A stretch of DNA of 64,000 bases from Dimorphilus gyrociliatus (lineage: Eukaryota > Animalia > Annelida). Numbering within the stretch: the stretch's first letter is position 1; every line of letters begins with the position of its first letter. The DNA lies in contig CAJFCJ010000007.1 of NCBI GenBank assembly GCA_904063045.1, forward strand, positions 1,141,448 to 1,205,447, given 5' to 3'. Below, one piece after another: positions 44,094 to 56,925 of this stretch. The position numbers were made by a program, and so were the translations under genes. The notes below the pieces were generated by a model that did no database searches, had not been told where the DNA came from, and saw only the letters and a program-made list of their open reading frames with translations.

Positions 44094-44981
44094 CTACAGA
44101 TTATAAAACGAATTTCCATACACAGTCGGAGACGTTAAAGGAAACAGCAGTAACGACCACATAACGAGACCGATAAGGAAACACGAGACGGCAATCAGTT
44201 GCTGGCGTCTGGGCAGCGTTCCCACTTGTTGGAACTCCGGAAATCCCATATGATTACAGAATGAATGTGCGATAACGGCTGATAGAAAATGACCCGTTCG
44301 GAGGAAGAGGAACGCAGAGTAAGTGCCGAAAAGGGTTGTATAACAGAATTGGAAGAAAGACTGGCAGAGAGCAGATAAAATCCCCATGCCGTGATTATTA
44401 ACTTTATCGACTATATGGTGAAAGTGGGCGACGCCGAAGAAAAGTGGACAAATAAAAACTGTTTTCCATTCTCCAAAGGCAGGAACCAATAACGGTGCCA
44501 TACAAGCTCGAAAGACCATTTCTTCTGACAGTGGCGCCACAATGTGATTTCGCAACCAAATCAGATTCTTAAAGTTTGCATTCCAATAGTTTTTTTCAAC
44601 ATATAAGGAGAATATCCCATCAACGTAGTGCAGATACAATGGCCCGAGGAACAATATCATTGTTAATACTAAAGGTAAAATAGTTCCTAAAATTATCCCC
44701 TCAAATCGTAAACCGATCCAAATGAATATATTTTTCGATCGTATCCGATCGTGAGAAGTTGTACTTATCATCCATAAGAATGGAATGAGGACGATAAGAA
44801 TGATGCTAACTCTAAAGAATCTAGCTTTTATTATTTCAGGATCATCTCGAGGTTTTCCTCTTGTCGCGTACAAGTGCAGACTACCGACATATATTGTAGA
44901 CATGAAAAGGCACAAAAGGACTGCTGATATGGGAGAATAGTCGAAAACAACAGAGTCTAAATGCCACAAAAGCGGTGCCAT
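44094..44981 (-). CDS. RCE1: CAAX prenyl protease 2 (Ras-converting enzyme), intronless CDS
   Basis: 295-aa multi-TM ORF with RNHIVAPLSEEMVFRACM, FFGVAHFHH and HSFCNHMGFP. Confidence 0.96.
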   Translation of the reverse strand: MAPLLWHLDSVVFDYSPISAVLLCLFMSTIYVGSLHLYATRGKPRDDPEIIKARFFRVSIILIVLIPFLWMISTTSHDRIRSKNIFIWIGLRFEGIILGTILPLVLTMILFLGPLYLHYVDGIFSLYVEKNYWNANFKNLIWLRNHIVAPLSEEMVFRACMAPLLVPAFGEWKTVFICPLFFGVAHFHHIVDKVNNHGMGILSALCQSFFQFCYTTLFGTYSAFLFLRTGHFLSAVIAHSFCNHMGFPEFQQVGTLPRRQQLIAVSCFLIGLVMWSLLLFPLTSPTVYGNSFYNL

Positions 44982-46878
44982 GTTGCTGCCTCAGACTTTT
45001 GACGAAAGCTGTTCGAATTAGTTGCCAGAGAAAGGTGGTGTCCAAGAGTGTCTGACAAACCCTAACTATCTGTTATCTGAATATGCCAGAATTTATATCT
45101 TTGTACCAGACGGGCTCTCATCAATAGTGTTAGCTTACACGTTATTGTTCAATGTAACGCAAATTGCTTTTAACCGAAATTTACCCCCAAAACGTATTTA
45201 TATAAAGGATAACTTATGAACAGACAATGCTAAGAAACGTCAACACAATAATTTTTTAAACGTACCGTTTAAGAACTGAACACAACTTCCCAAAAATTGG
45301 TGAAAATTGGCAAATCGATGTTAAACTTCTAGTCTTAGGGTTGACCGGTTATTTACGGTAATAAATATAACTGACCGGTCGGCGGTACAAATTCATCGGT
45401 CAAAAGCAAAAGCGGCAAATTTGAATAATTCCTATTAATTATATTATTCAATAGCCCAAGAATCAGTAGATAATTTTATTTATGACCTCAAGAGAAGAAG
45501 ACTAAACTTGTTAATAATAACAACATCAATATTTATATACTTCCCTTACGAGTTCAGATTTGTTTTTACTCCGGTAAATTCTCTCTATATATCTTCATAA
45601 TCTTACATTAATAACAATAACAGAGCAGCATGCAATGTAATAAGATATCTCTAGAGTATGATGAAAAACAACAAAAAGAATTTATCATAGAATTCATAGG
45701 GGACCCATAATTCGCCTCATATCGCTTGTTTTCGTTTCAATAACGTATAACTTATATAATAAATTATATTGATTTTTGTTTCTTTTCAGGAGGAGAATTT
45801 TTATTCTCGTTTAAAGGTGAAATCAATTATGGATAAATGGGGCATTTTATTTTTAAAAAGTCTATATAAATTTTAAAAGGAAATATCTATCAGACTATCT
45901 TATCTAAAGTATATTATAAATTCACCTATATCCGATATATTAATAGCTTTCTTACTAAACCAATTAATTTAACTGTGCAGTATATCACCTTTTCTGTTAT
46001 CAATCTATCATCTGAGACATCTGTAGTCCTTTTAATTGATAATCGTGATAAGAATGAAACTAGTATAAAGAGACTTATTAACTGGAAGAAAGGAAAACAA
46101 AACAAAAAAATTAAATTAAATTCTCTATATTCCCTTATTTAAATTGATTTAGGGGTATATATTCGTTATTTTAACAATGCAACGTTTGTTTTGGCAGGGC
46201 TGTTTTCGAGATAAAATTATAGGCTGAGTAAACATGAGTGTTTTTAATCTGTAAGAGAAAAAAAATAATGAAGGTAATTTAAACAATAAGTTTCAAATTT
46301 AAGCTTTTCTATAGAAAGAGAGAGAGAGAGAAAGAAAAGAGATCTTAACCAATAATATGACATTTTGTATTGATTAATTTTTCATTATTTGTCACACGTG
46401 CGTGTGAATTGAACTTGTCAAGTCGGATAGACTCTCAACTGAAACAGAAAGGGAAAAGAAAGAATGAATCATTTAATACCAAACAATAACATTTACTTTT
46501 CAAACATTTCATCTAGGTGGATTTCCCGCTTCGTTTCTTCGATTCTACTCTTATACATTGACTCACATAGTTCTATATTGCTCTTTCAATCAGTAGCAAA
46601 GGGAAAATTTGTTAATTTTCAAAGGAGAAAAGGGGTGGCAGAATAGATTAACCCTTCTCTAATCCCAAACTCTAAACCCTTTAATGAAACTCGAGGAAGA
46701 GTAAATTCTCTTTATATTAGACAAAAAGTAATTTTACAGTTGACTGCAGCATAATAAAATACATACATTCTAAGCGTTTCTAATTTACGAAATGATAAAT
46801 AAACCCTCTTCTATTTTTTTATCAATTAACTGATTGTAATTTAAAAGTTATTCTCTCTTGTGTTTTCTTTATGAGAAA

Positions 46879-47772
46879 TTAATCCGCCTTCTGCTTTTCA
46901 GCCTCTTCGTAATCAATGAAATAGAATACAACTGAAATAATTACTGCAAAGACTATCTGACCAATTAAAAAAGCCAATAATCTATCGAAACCCCAACTGT
47001 TAGGTACCATTTTTAAATTTATATAGAGTACATAGATAAAAGATACAGCGACAGTAAATATTATCCATACAATGTAACTCATCATAACCATTTCTCTCTT
47101 TAAAGTTTTTGTAAATCCGCATTCTTTCGGCCATGTTGTTTGACAGTAAATTAGCGGGGAAAGTACAATGGGTGCCATTATTAATAGGGTAATAAAAACC
47201 TGTCAAGTCAGATGATTAAGAGGTTTTTTATAGTTTAAAAAACAATTCAATAACTTACATCACATCGGAAGAAATCAATTAAACTATATTCCACGTCAGA
47301 ATACCAATCATCCGTACTTCCGGCGTATAAAAACCTGTCATATCCGAAAGTTAAAATTCCAAACATACAACCATAACTAACAACCCAAAAGCAAGGAATA
47401 ATCCATTCATTGTTAGTCTTAATAAAATAGACGGCAGTTATGAATCCAATTATACCTAAGATGACGTTAGTAGACGCAAAAATAGTGGGTAGCATAGCTG
47501 GCATATTTTTATCAAGGAAAAACATAGTTTCCCAACCTATTAATAGACACCTTTTAGAATTCGCTTGATAAAAAAAATATAGAAAGTAAAAATTTACCAG
47601 TATATTCCCATAGTAAATAAACTCCTGAAGGTGAAAAAATCGTAGCCAAATAAATAACCGTAGTAATAAAGTATTTGTTATAAAACACATGTGAAGTTTT
47701 TAATACTGGAGCAGCTGATTGAGCAAGACAACAGCCCATTGAGAACGACCAGAAGACATCCACTTGAATCAT
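46879..47772 (-). CDS. Uncharacterised multi-pass membrane protein (257 aa, 3 exons)
   Basis: Exons 47772-47598, 47536-47259 and 47199-46879 join in frame through ~60-nt GT-AG introns: MIQVDVFWSF...FSPSGVYLLWEYTGWETMFF...STNVILGIIGF...GYDRF..., with about 6-7 hydrophobic segments. Confidence 0.8.
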
Positions 47773-48237
47773 TTTAATTCTAATGCTTGAATAGCTTTGA
47801 ATGAATGAAAAACAACATGAAGATAAATTATAATTCAAATTTTATAATAAATGTTATGTACAGGGTATCTTATCTTGTTTTTAGACTCAAAGGTTCCGTT
47901 TTAACGATAGAGTTATCATTTAATACTTTTTTTTTAACTTAATTAATAAGATTATAATATCAAATATTTATATTGAAAACAAAAAAGAGATATAGGTTAA
48001 GAGAGAAAGAAAGACAGAGAGAGAGAGAGAGAGAGATTTGAGGTTTAAGTGTTTGTTCAATTATTAGCTAGACGCTTATATTTCATACTAATGAAATATC
48101 ATATCATTTAAGCTTATTGCATTACAAAAACTATAAGAATATACTAACATAATAAACTATTTATTAATATTATCGTGAGAAATTACTACTTAAAAACTAT
48201 TGATAGTAAAAGAAGATCAAGAGAATAAAATTAACTG

Positions 48238-50594
48238 CTAATTAATTTTAGAATATTCATAAGTCTCTTTGGAACGTTTCCAGAATTTGCAAGCAGTGCA
48301 TTTAAGAAGGAGTATACCAATACAAGAAAAAATTGCTGTCATTGCTGACCAAAATTTTTCTCTTATTTCTGTTTTAGGATCATTCCAATCTGCCCTTTCA
48401 CCTATGATACTTTTAGCGTATTCTTCGTAGTTAATCTCTAATCTCCGTCCCTTCTTAAAAGTCAAGTTTCCGCCATGGTTAACAACGCAAGTTGCATTCT
48501 TATCACAGTACTTAAGTCGCTCGGACTGTCGACTGCAAATGTTATTAGTTCTAGTCATAAGTCGTTTCATCTGACCGTCAGCAAAAAGCTTTTGGAATTT
48601 TCCATCAACAGAACTTATACATTGCCCCTTTAATTCGCAATATCTCATGCAAGACGTAATTGGAGTCTTACAAGATTTAAAATCCCGAAAATTACAATAC
48701 TTAATGCATTTCCCTCTTAAACAGACTCCGTCTTCGCATTCGAATCCGTTCGTTTTATGGCTTATTAATTGTCTAGATCTACAACAAGCGTGCGAACGTC
48801 CATTACACAACTGGACCCTTTCACAATTTCCCATAAAATTACATGGTTTGTAAATAAGACTCGTTTTACAATCAAACGTACAACAAGGCTGATAAGGGTC
48901 GCAACCCACTAAGGGCATCAGATGGCAAGTTTCAGTGCAACAAGGGGAGTTCCCATCGCATTCCTCGCCCTCTTCTAATATTCCGTTCTGACATTTTCCA
49001 ACACGGTTTGGATCTCTTTGAAAGCATTTGGCATGGAATAAGTTTCCGTATTTACTGTGCTCGAATAAATACTTTCCAATAGACTTAAGAGATTTGTTAT
49101 GAAAGTATAAACTCTCCGAATGTGACTTGGTTACGGATACTTTCTTATTCATAATGGTGCCGTATTTTTCCTCCTCTTTACTTAAATGCTTAGCACCAAA
49201 GGCATGAGCCGCCTCATGGACAAATGTAAATTGTAATCCGTATATTGGCGCTAACTTGTCTACTGAATATCCTGCCCTTCTTGTATTGATCATAACAGTA
49301 TTCGATGAACAATTGAATTCGTCGTAGAAGGGACGTCGAGGAGCGCAAGCTCCAATCTTATTTAGTGAGGCTTCAAAGGTTACACCCATAACGTCACCAA
49401 AATTTCTAAAGTCTAAAACGAGCTGCAGACAGCTCCTAGATGCGTCGATAAGGCAATTGTAGTGCTTTAGAACCGTTTCCACTTTAAACTTTAACACTTA
49501 AGTATACCTTATACAATCAAGACAAGATTTTATATTTAGTACATTAAGGACGGTAAAAAGATAATCTGTTACGTTTAAAGTGGTCTCGAAAGTCCAGATG
49601 ATGGCAAATAGCGGATAATTGAATATCCTTGCTGGCGCTCTTGCACGTCTCTTCGTCCATTATCGTTAATCTTCGTATTTGATATTTTAAGCCTCTAAAT
49701 TTGTATTTATCGTGCTCAAAAACTGTATTACTATAAATAGTTGAAGAAAAACTTAGAATCAATGCTATTGTGTCTCGGAAATATCTTAGAAGATATTCCT
49801 TTGATTCAGTTCTCATTAAGAGTTTATGGTGCACGTACGTCATTCTGTTGATAAGTACCTCTACCGTACACGTTCGATCGGTTCCTTCAAAGCCATCAAC
49901 GTTATTGTCCTTCAAATTATAACGTCTAAGAGCCCACTTTCCGTAAAGTATTAAATTCGTTGTTATAATTAATAAACACGTTATTATTAAAAGATCTTTA
50001 CAAATATAATAATAATTATGAATAAAAACCGAAAATAGGCCCTGAAATATTTGCAAACTTTCTTTTAGCACGAAAATTTGAGTGTAATCTCTCATGGAAT
50101 TCCATAAATCCATCTATTGTTTCCTTTGTTCTATTATTTAATTTTCGTTCGACTCCTATTACATCACCGACTTCGTAAATTGCCGACGCATTATCAGTTT
50201 TCTCAAATATAAAGCAATTACCAAGTTTACATGCATACCCCTCGAAAAATCCATGCCTTAATAAACCACCAGCTTCTAAATTATACTTATCGGTCGATTT
50301 ACCCCAAAGGAAACGGGATAAGCTTTTACTGTAAACCTGATTAATTTTCCCATTGTAAGCTTCAACATAATTCGGCGAAAATACATTACTATTTTCATAC
50401 ATTGCTAATGTAAAGTTTGTCTGTTGAACTGAAAACTTTACGATTAGAGGCTTTTCTTTCATTTCCTCTCTGTTGTACCTTTTTATCCAACCTATGAATC
50501 TTTTATTAGGCATGTGTTTATTGTCTGTAATTCGAAGGCAATAAGATATCTGTAGAATGTTATTAATATAAAAAAACAATAGTAGCATTCTCAC
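48238..50594 (-). CDS. Divergent ADAM10/17-like metalloprotease-disintegrin (~715 aa, 3 exons)
   Basis: Signal peptide and prodomain ending in furin-type RAKR (50594-50059); catalytic start RTCTVEVL (49925-49573); last exon 49496-48238 with the zinc motif HEAAHAFGAKH, Met-turn GTIM, disintegrin CQNGILEEGEECD..CC, TM segment and short tail. The intron 1 acceptor is tentative. Confidence 0.8.
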
Positions 50595-52401
50595 TTAGGA
50601 AACTCTATTGGAACATTTAAATTGTCCTAATGAAATCATGATTTTTTTAAATAAGGCAATCTGAGAGCTCTTTTTCATTTAAATCTCTTTAAAGTTTCTT
50701 AATAAGACCCAATTCGTCAAATACGCTTGGGAAATGAAACGCTTCAAATTCGAAGAGAAGAAGAGAGATCGCTCAAACTAAGACGAGTTTGTTTGTCAAC
50801 GGCTAACTGTAGTCTATGTATTTTGAGCACGAATAAGGATTCTACGATAGACGAATATAGATTGTAAAGCTAACATCATGCAATCAGTCTTTTCTATTAT
50901 ATATATATATATATATAAAATCTACTAAGGTGACCTTTAACAGTCTTTTTACTTCATCGCAGAGCTATACAGAAAAAAAAATTCTAGGACGCCTCATTAA
51001 ATGTATTCATGATATTTGAGAATGATAAGTAAACGGTTCGTTGCCCCTTAATAAGCTTAGATAAATCGAATGAGAGAGGGTTAAGAAATTTTAATGCGAA
51101 ACACTAGTTCCTTTTAGGGCTTTAAAGGAGAGGATATTAATCACGCCATCTTGTGGATAAAAAACACGGGGAGGGCCTCTCCCTCCCCCTTTATCGAATA
51201 TTTTATAAAAATCCCTTTTACTTTTTGGGTGGTATATAATTCGTATATATACTTATATATATATATATTTTTATTAAAAAAAAAACTTTGAAGCTTTCTT
51301 ATTAAAATAAAAAAAAGTTGTTGAAGTGGCAATGTTTATCAAAGGGATTTATTATGATTATGTTCTAGAATAGTGCCTTATTTCGATTGTTAAAGAATTT
51401 CCATAAATCGGAATACATCGCCCCAAAAGAAACCGCAGTGTCGAGCTGTTTGAATGTAAATATCGATTTGCTTTATTCTATACGATATCGATCTAATTTT
51501 CAAGTCGTTTATCAACTTTAATGAAATAACTATTGAACGTCATCTGGAGGACGTCAATTGATAATCCTTACGAGAGTTTCACCTTCGAATGAACCTTTGA
51601 TTCCAATTTTAATTATCTCTACCGTCCGCTCAAATTGCCTAATTAACAAACGGCGGCACATCTTAGAAACCTTAGAATCCGTTTGATAATCTAATTATCT
51701 AACAAATTACACAACTATTTCCTCAACGACTAATTATTACGTGGCTTAATCATGCGTAGTGTTTAATGAAAGATTGTATATCTTTAAATAATATTCTTCA
51801 GTCAGTTTTGTTTTTTTAGCAAATAACTTGTAAGGGCCGGTCCGTAGTTTGTTCCTTCTAAACAACTTTATACAGATTAATGCCATAGCTGAAGCAAAGA
51901 CAATTTAATATATAACATGATTTTCGCAAATGTTACTTTTAGTCAAATTGGAGTAAAGAGAATGCTTTTACTTACTTGTATTACTTCCTAAACGCTTTTT
52001 GATTATTTCCTTAACAATAAACCTTAATATTATTCCATAATTCGTGTTATAAAATATTTAAAAGAAAAATATAATAAATCCATTAACAAAAAAGCTAAAA
52101 AAAATTTTTTCAGATTAATTCCATATCGATTTATTAACTGGTTTCAATAAAAACCAATTGAAAAAATGTATAAAGTAAATTAAAGTCGAGCTATCTATGT
52201 TAACGACCAGTTAATATCGATATAGGGATTGTTCAACTAAATAAAAAGAATTACAAAACTAATCACTGTTTCTCACTAACAAAGGGAAACTATCATAAAA
52301 CTATTGATTTAGAATGATAACAATACATGATAATAAAAAATGTTTATGGTACGTACATCTCTAAAAGAATTATTCATTTGTACAATAAATTGTTAATAAC
52401 T

Positions 52402-55400
52402 TTACTTTAATGTTTTACGAAATTTTATAGCTCTTTCCAATAGAGTACCCCCGTTATCCTGAGTTGGTGTAACTTCGTCCAAATCGAGAGCCTCTATAGA
52501 CGATTGCTTTAAAGCCAGACTAGTAGGATGCATTTGGGAAGGGGATTTTTGTTGATACAACAATTGAGAATTTAAGGCATGCATAACTGATGCATGTGTC
52601 TCAGCTATGCTATGGTGTCTTCGTAAAACTTTATTGTTATTAACTTGTTTTGCATTTCTTTCATCCTTTTGGGAAATGGTAGATGGCGCTTTGTAAGTTT
52701 GAGAAACTAATGGTTCAGGAGGAGGCGGCATTAATAGCTCAGGAGGAGGAGGAGGAAGGTCATCACAAGAAGGTAATGACATATCGATTGGCTCTTGAAA
52801 TGATGGCGGCGGTGGAGGCAGCGATGAGAAATCAGCCATTGTAATAGTAGATGATCTGCGCAAAGGAGGTGGAGGTTTGGCTACCTTTTGGCTATTATCG
52901 TTTGACGATATTCGTGATGAAGATTCTGCCAATAAATAAAAAATTAACGAAAAATTCAACACGAGAAAATATCGATAAAATTTAAAAAAAAAATTACTTA
53001 CCGGATGCTTGCAGTTGTGCCGTGCAATTTTCCAGCTGTTTTATTGCTTCAGAGAGCGAATCGGCGTTTGATGCCTGCTGCAACAACATTTTATGTATAT
53101 AAGTACTCTTGTAGTTTACAGTTTGGAAATACTTACTTGCAAACAGTCTACTTGGTCTTCTTCGGTTGGTGTTTTACTATCATCGTGTAAAATTGGTCGA
53201 CCAAAGGCTCCAGGCGGCCTGTAGGGTAGAGGGGGTGCTTCAGGATCATTCACCTTAGGAGGTTCAAATGTTTGAGCAGTAATAGCTGGTCTCGTATGTA
53301 GTCTCTCATACGCAGCAGATATTGTATGAGGCCTCTCGGCACCTGAATCATGCCTTGCATCCAAACCCAAAGGTGCTTCCGGCCAATTTGTCCAAGTAGA
53401 CTGTGTATCGTTTTCATTTGAAGAGGATACTGCTGGAGGGGAAGGAGGTCGAGGAAAAAGTGTATCTTGAGACATAAATCCAGAATCGTGAGAAGAAACG
53501 GATGAAAGCCTAGCAACAGCTCCAGCTTTACTAGAACGCCGAATAGTTGCGTAGAGTGGCTGAAATTAAATTTAAAATGTACTGATGAATTTATAGATTT
53601 TAAAAAGAGTTGGGACAATTACCTGGTTAATATTTAAATCACTACCGGCAGAAGAAGCAATGCTATTACGCTTTGAGCGTGGAGCATTGGAAACCGGAGG
53701 TGGACAAAGTGGATTCGACGAATTAGTGGAATCGCTTGAAGACGATGCAATACTGCTTATTGAACACATAGAGCTCTTTCTCGATCCAAGACTGGATGGC
53801 GATGAAGGCGGTGTTCGCCTTATAGCATGTTGAGTCAGCGAATCTTTTAAGTCATCCAATACTTGCTCAGATGTTGGGGGAAGTGCAAAGGGATCTGTTG
53901 CCTGTTCGCAGAGGTTTTCTACCACTTCTTGTAAATGATTTATTTCCCCAAAGAGATTTATTTCTTGGTCTAAAACAGGACGGAGCTGACCAACAAATGT
54001 GCAAAATCTCCCCCTTTCTTCAATCATAGCTCTTCTGACATAGCTTTTTTCCATCTCCTCCCATGTTACTTTTCTACTATATTCATCTGAGACAGCTTTT
54101 TCCACAAAATGTGTCAATTCTTGAGGTCTACCCGCTGAATAAACAATACGTCGCTACGTTAGTATACAGCCGATTGCCGATAAAATAAACAAATAAAAAC
54201 AAGGCATTGCAGCGATAAATTAGCCTGCTAGATACAACTCCAGGGTTTGTTTCTAGGCAATATTACACTCGTCAGACTAAAGAGTAAATAAATAAAATAT
54301 TTTAACAAGAAACGTTTACCTTTCTTTGCCTTCTTCTTTAGACGCACAGTCTCTGATGATGCCTTTTTGACTTCATTTCTTATACGTTTGCTGTCTGTAA
54401 GAAAAGAATATGATTTTTTTATAACAGCCCAACATGAAATATGGGTCGAGGCACGTTGGCTTTTCAGAGCAATGTAAATGGAAACGTACGAAAGCGATTT
54501 ATAATTTTTACAGGTCGGCTGAGCCGAATAAATATTAAGCTGTTAAAAAAGAAAGAACTACACTGCTTTACAATGCGTCAAGTTGTTCACAAGGCTTAAG
54601 GCACGTACGAAGGCTAGAACAGAATTCACTTTACCTTTTGCATGATCTTTATCTAGTTGATTGACCGACTTTTTCCAATCCTCTAATTTGTTCTCAATGG
54701 GGGCAGCCACACTCTCAACAAGGCAAGTCGATAAGGATTTTAGCCGATTTTCTATATTTTTGTGTCGTAATTGCAGTCGGGTTAACGCCGTACCAATATC
54801 TTTTGTGGCTCCTATAATAGACGAAACCAATCTTTTGTTATTATAAGAGTAACACCGTCAATAATTACGTTTGGTTCGAATAAACACCTTACTCTCTACA
54901 ATATGCTGATAAAGGATACTCGTTATGAATACCGTAGGAGTTTAAATAAACATTCAAGCACGTCCGGCTAATACTAAATATATACGTTTTACGCGAAGGC
55001 GGCCAAGCAGATAACGCGTAAAACAGTAAATTATACTAAGACAGGTCAATAGGTCAGTAAAATACCTTTAGCATGAGTAGCAATATCTGCGACTTTCTGA
55101 AAGGATTCTAAAAAACAATTCATGGCTGTTTGCGTGTTCCTGTAAGAAATCGTTTGATAAATTCGTTTCATTATTATGTAAATTTCCTTACTTTATGGCG
55201 CTTGCGAAACGTATGGAGCGACCAGCAAATTCTTCCCAGATAGGATAGCTACCCTGTAAAGTGAAATCACGTTAAATGTTAATCATAAAATCTATCAAAG
55301 TGTACATTGACGATAAAACATGAGACATATTTTCCTGTTGTTAATGTGTAAATTGTCGTATTATGGGCAATTTTTTCCGATCATTAAAAAATTACACACT

Positions 55401-55609
55401 GTATGCTGCTAATCTTTATAGTAATTGTAGTGAATAGATTTAGAATGAGCGACAGCCGGTTGTGTTTTTAATAGAAATAAAGTTAAAACCTTCATATCCA
55501 AAATAATGGAAGCAAATAACGAACTGAGAGCATTGCAGTCTCGCTCCAGTTTGAAATCTTTCTCCCAATGATTATTTAGATTAATCGTAGTTCCTGAGCT
55601 TATTTCCAT
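52402..55609 (-). CDS. MTSS1: Missing-in-metastasis / MTSS I-BAR domain protein, multi-exon
   Basis: ERDCNALSSLFASIILDMK|GSYPIWEEF, FLESFQKVADIA, LEDWKKSVNQLDKDHAK, RAMIEERGRFCTF and RLSSVSSHDSGFMSQD; proline-rich tail ending in a WH2-like segment (LLERAIKFRKT). Confidence 0.93.
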
Positions 55610-55868
55610 TTTACAAAATCGCACTTTAAATCATCATTGAGAGGAAGACGTCAGGTTCGATAAGATTTCATCAATAATATATCCTTGGCCGATTCAGGTT
55701 AATCAGTAACGCTCCTTTCTCTTATATTTTCTATACTTAATATTGCGTAATGAGATCCTCTGATAACGAATTAGTACAAATTACAATTAATTCGTTTATC
55801 AGAATTCCAGAGAAGCCTAGGAAAATATTAGTATCTTTTCCTTTGCTAACAGAGGGAGAAATGAGGTA

Positions 55869-55975
55869 GTCACGTGACGAGATAAGGAGGCGTTGATTGG
55901 ATATGACTGCAAAATCTGGTAAAAAAAACCAGTAAAAGAATCCGAACCCGTAACCATATTAAACTTAATGGCGGC
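55869..55975. promoter_or_regulatory. Motif cluster in the MTSS1/LIN37 divergent promoter: E-box, CCAAT box, YY1-like
   Basis: GTCACGTGAC (55869-55878), ATTGG (55896-55900) and ATGGCGGC (55968-55975) within the 421-bp head-to-head gap. Confidence 0.5.
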
Positions 55976-56030
55976 GCGTTTAACAAGCTAGATATTCATA
56001 TTCTTTTCTTTTAAACTGAACTTCGGCTCA

Positions 56031-56720
56031 ATGGAGGCAAATCAAAGAAAGTCAAAACTTATGCGCGATGTTTCAACTGCTCGTATGGGTTTAGAAACAG
56101 CTTTGAACACAATTATTCTAAAGGCAGAGGAAGAAGATGAGAAAGCTTTGGCCGCTGATCAAGCATCTAATGAATCCGATGGTCAGGGAAAGCGTTTCAA
56201 GTCTAAAAAGTCTCGAAAGTCAAAGAAATACGACGAATATGAAGATCAACCATTTGTTATGAGAATGTTTGAAAGGACTGTTGATTTGACCCACTTCGAT
56301 GGAAATTCTCCTCTATATGCCATCGCTCGAGCTTGGATTCTCAATCAATCGGTTCCAACAGAAGAAATAAAGACGGAGACAAAATCAGAAAATCTTAAAA
56401 ATTTACAATTACCGACTGTGACAATTCCTATTGAGGATGGTGAAAAAAACTATCGAGTTCCGGAACCAATAGAACATCCAGAAACAAATTTCATAGAAGA
56501 GATAAACAGAGATCCTGATGATCAACCCGGATCCGAAGCTCTCCTCTTGGATCATATGCAACATTGGAAGAAAGTTAAAGAAAGTTGGCGAGAACACAGT
56601 CGACTTCTACATAAGAAACACGGTAAAGAGTGCTATCAAGTTCTTCGTAAAATGTTCGACTCTGTGAACAGAACGCAGGAAACGGAAAAAGAGCAAACGA
56701 GCATTCCAACTCTCGTTTAA
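56031..56720 (+). CDS. LIN37: LIN37 (MuvB/DREAM complex subunit), intronless
   Basis: FVMRMFERTVDLTHF...PLYAIARAWI and LLLDHMQHWKKVKESW match the LIN37 conserved blocks. Confidence 0.9.
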   Translation: MEANQRKSKLMRDVSTARMGLETALNTIILKAEEEDEKALAADQASNESDGQGKRFKSKKSRKSKKYDEYEDQPFVMRMFERTVDLTHFDGNSPLYAIARAWILNQSVPTEEIKTETKSENLKNLQLPTVTIPIEDGEKNYRVPEPIEHPETNFIEEINRDPDDQPGSEALLLDHMQHWKKVKESWREHSRLLHKKHGKECYQVLRKMFDSVNRTQETEKEQTSIPTLV

Positions 56721-56925
56721 AAACTTTTTGAACAGTTTTTTCTTTTTATTTTTTAATTGTATGGGCATGTTTGCATTTTAGTACTATGAAGAATTCTCTG
56801 CATGTAAAAACGTGTACTAATACGGACGATACAGTTTCTCGACAATAACAAACGTTGTGTACGTTGACCTTTTTTCTGCCTTCTATATTTTTCTGTTTAA
56901 AAACACGATAGAACACAAAGAGATA

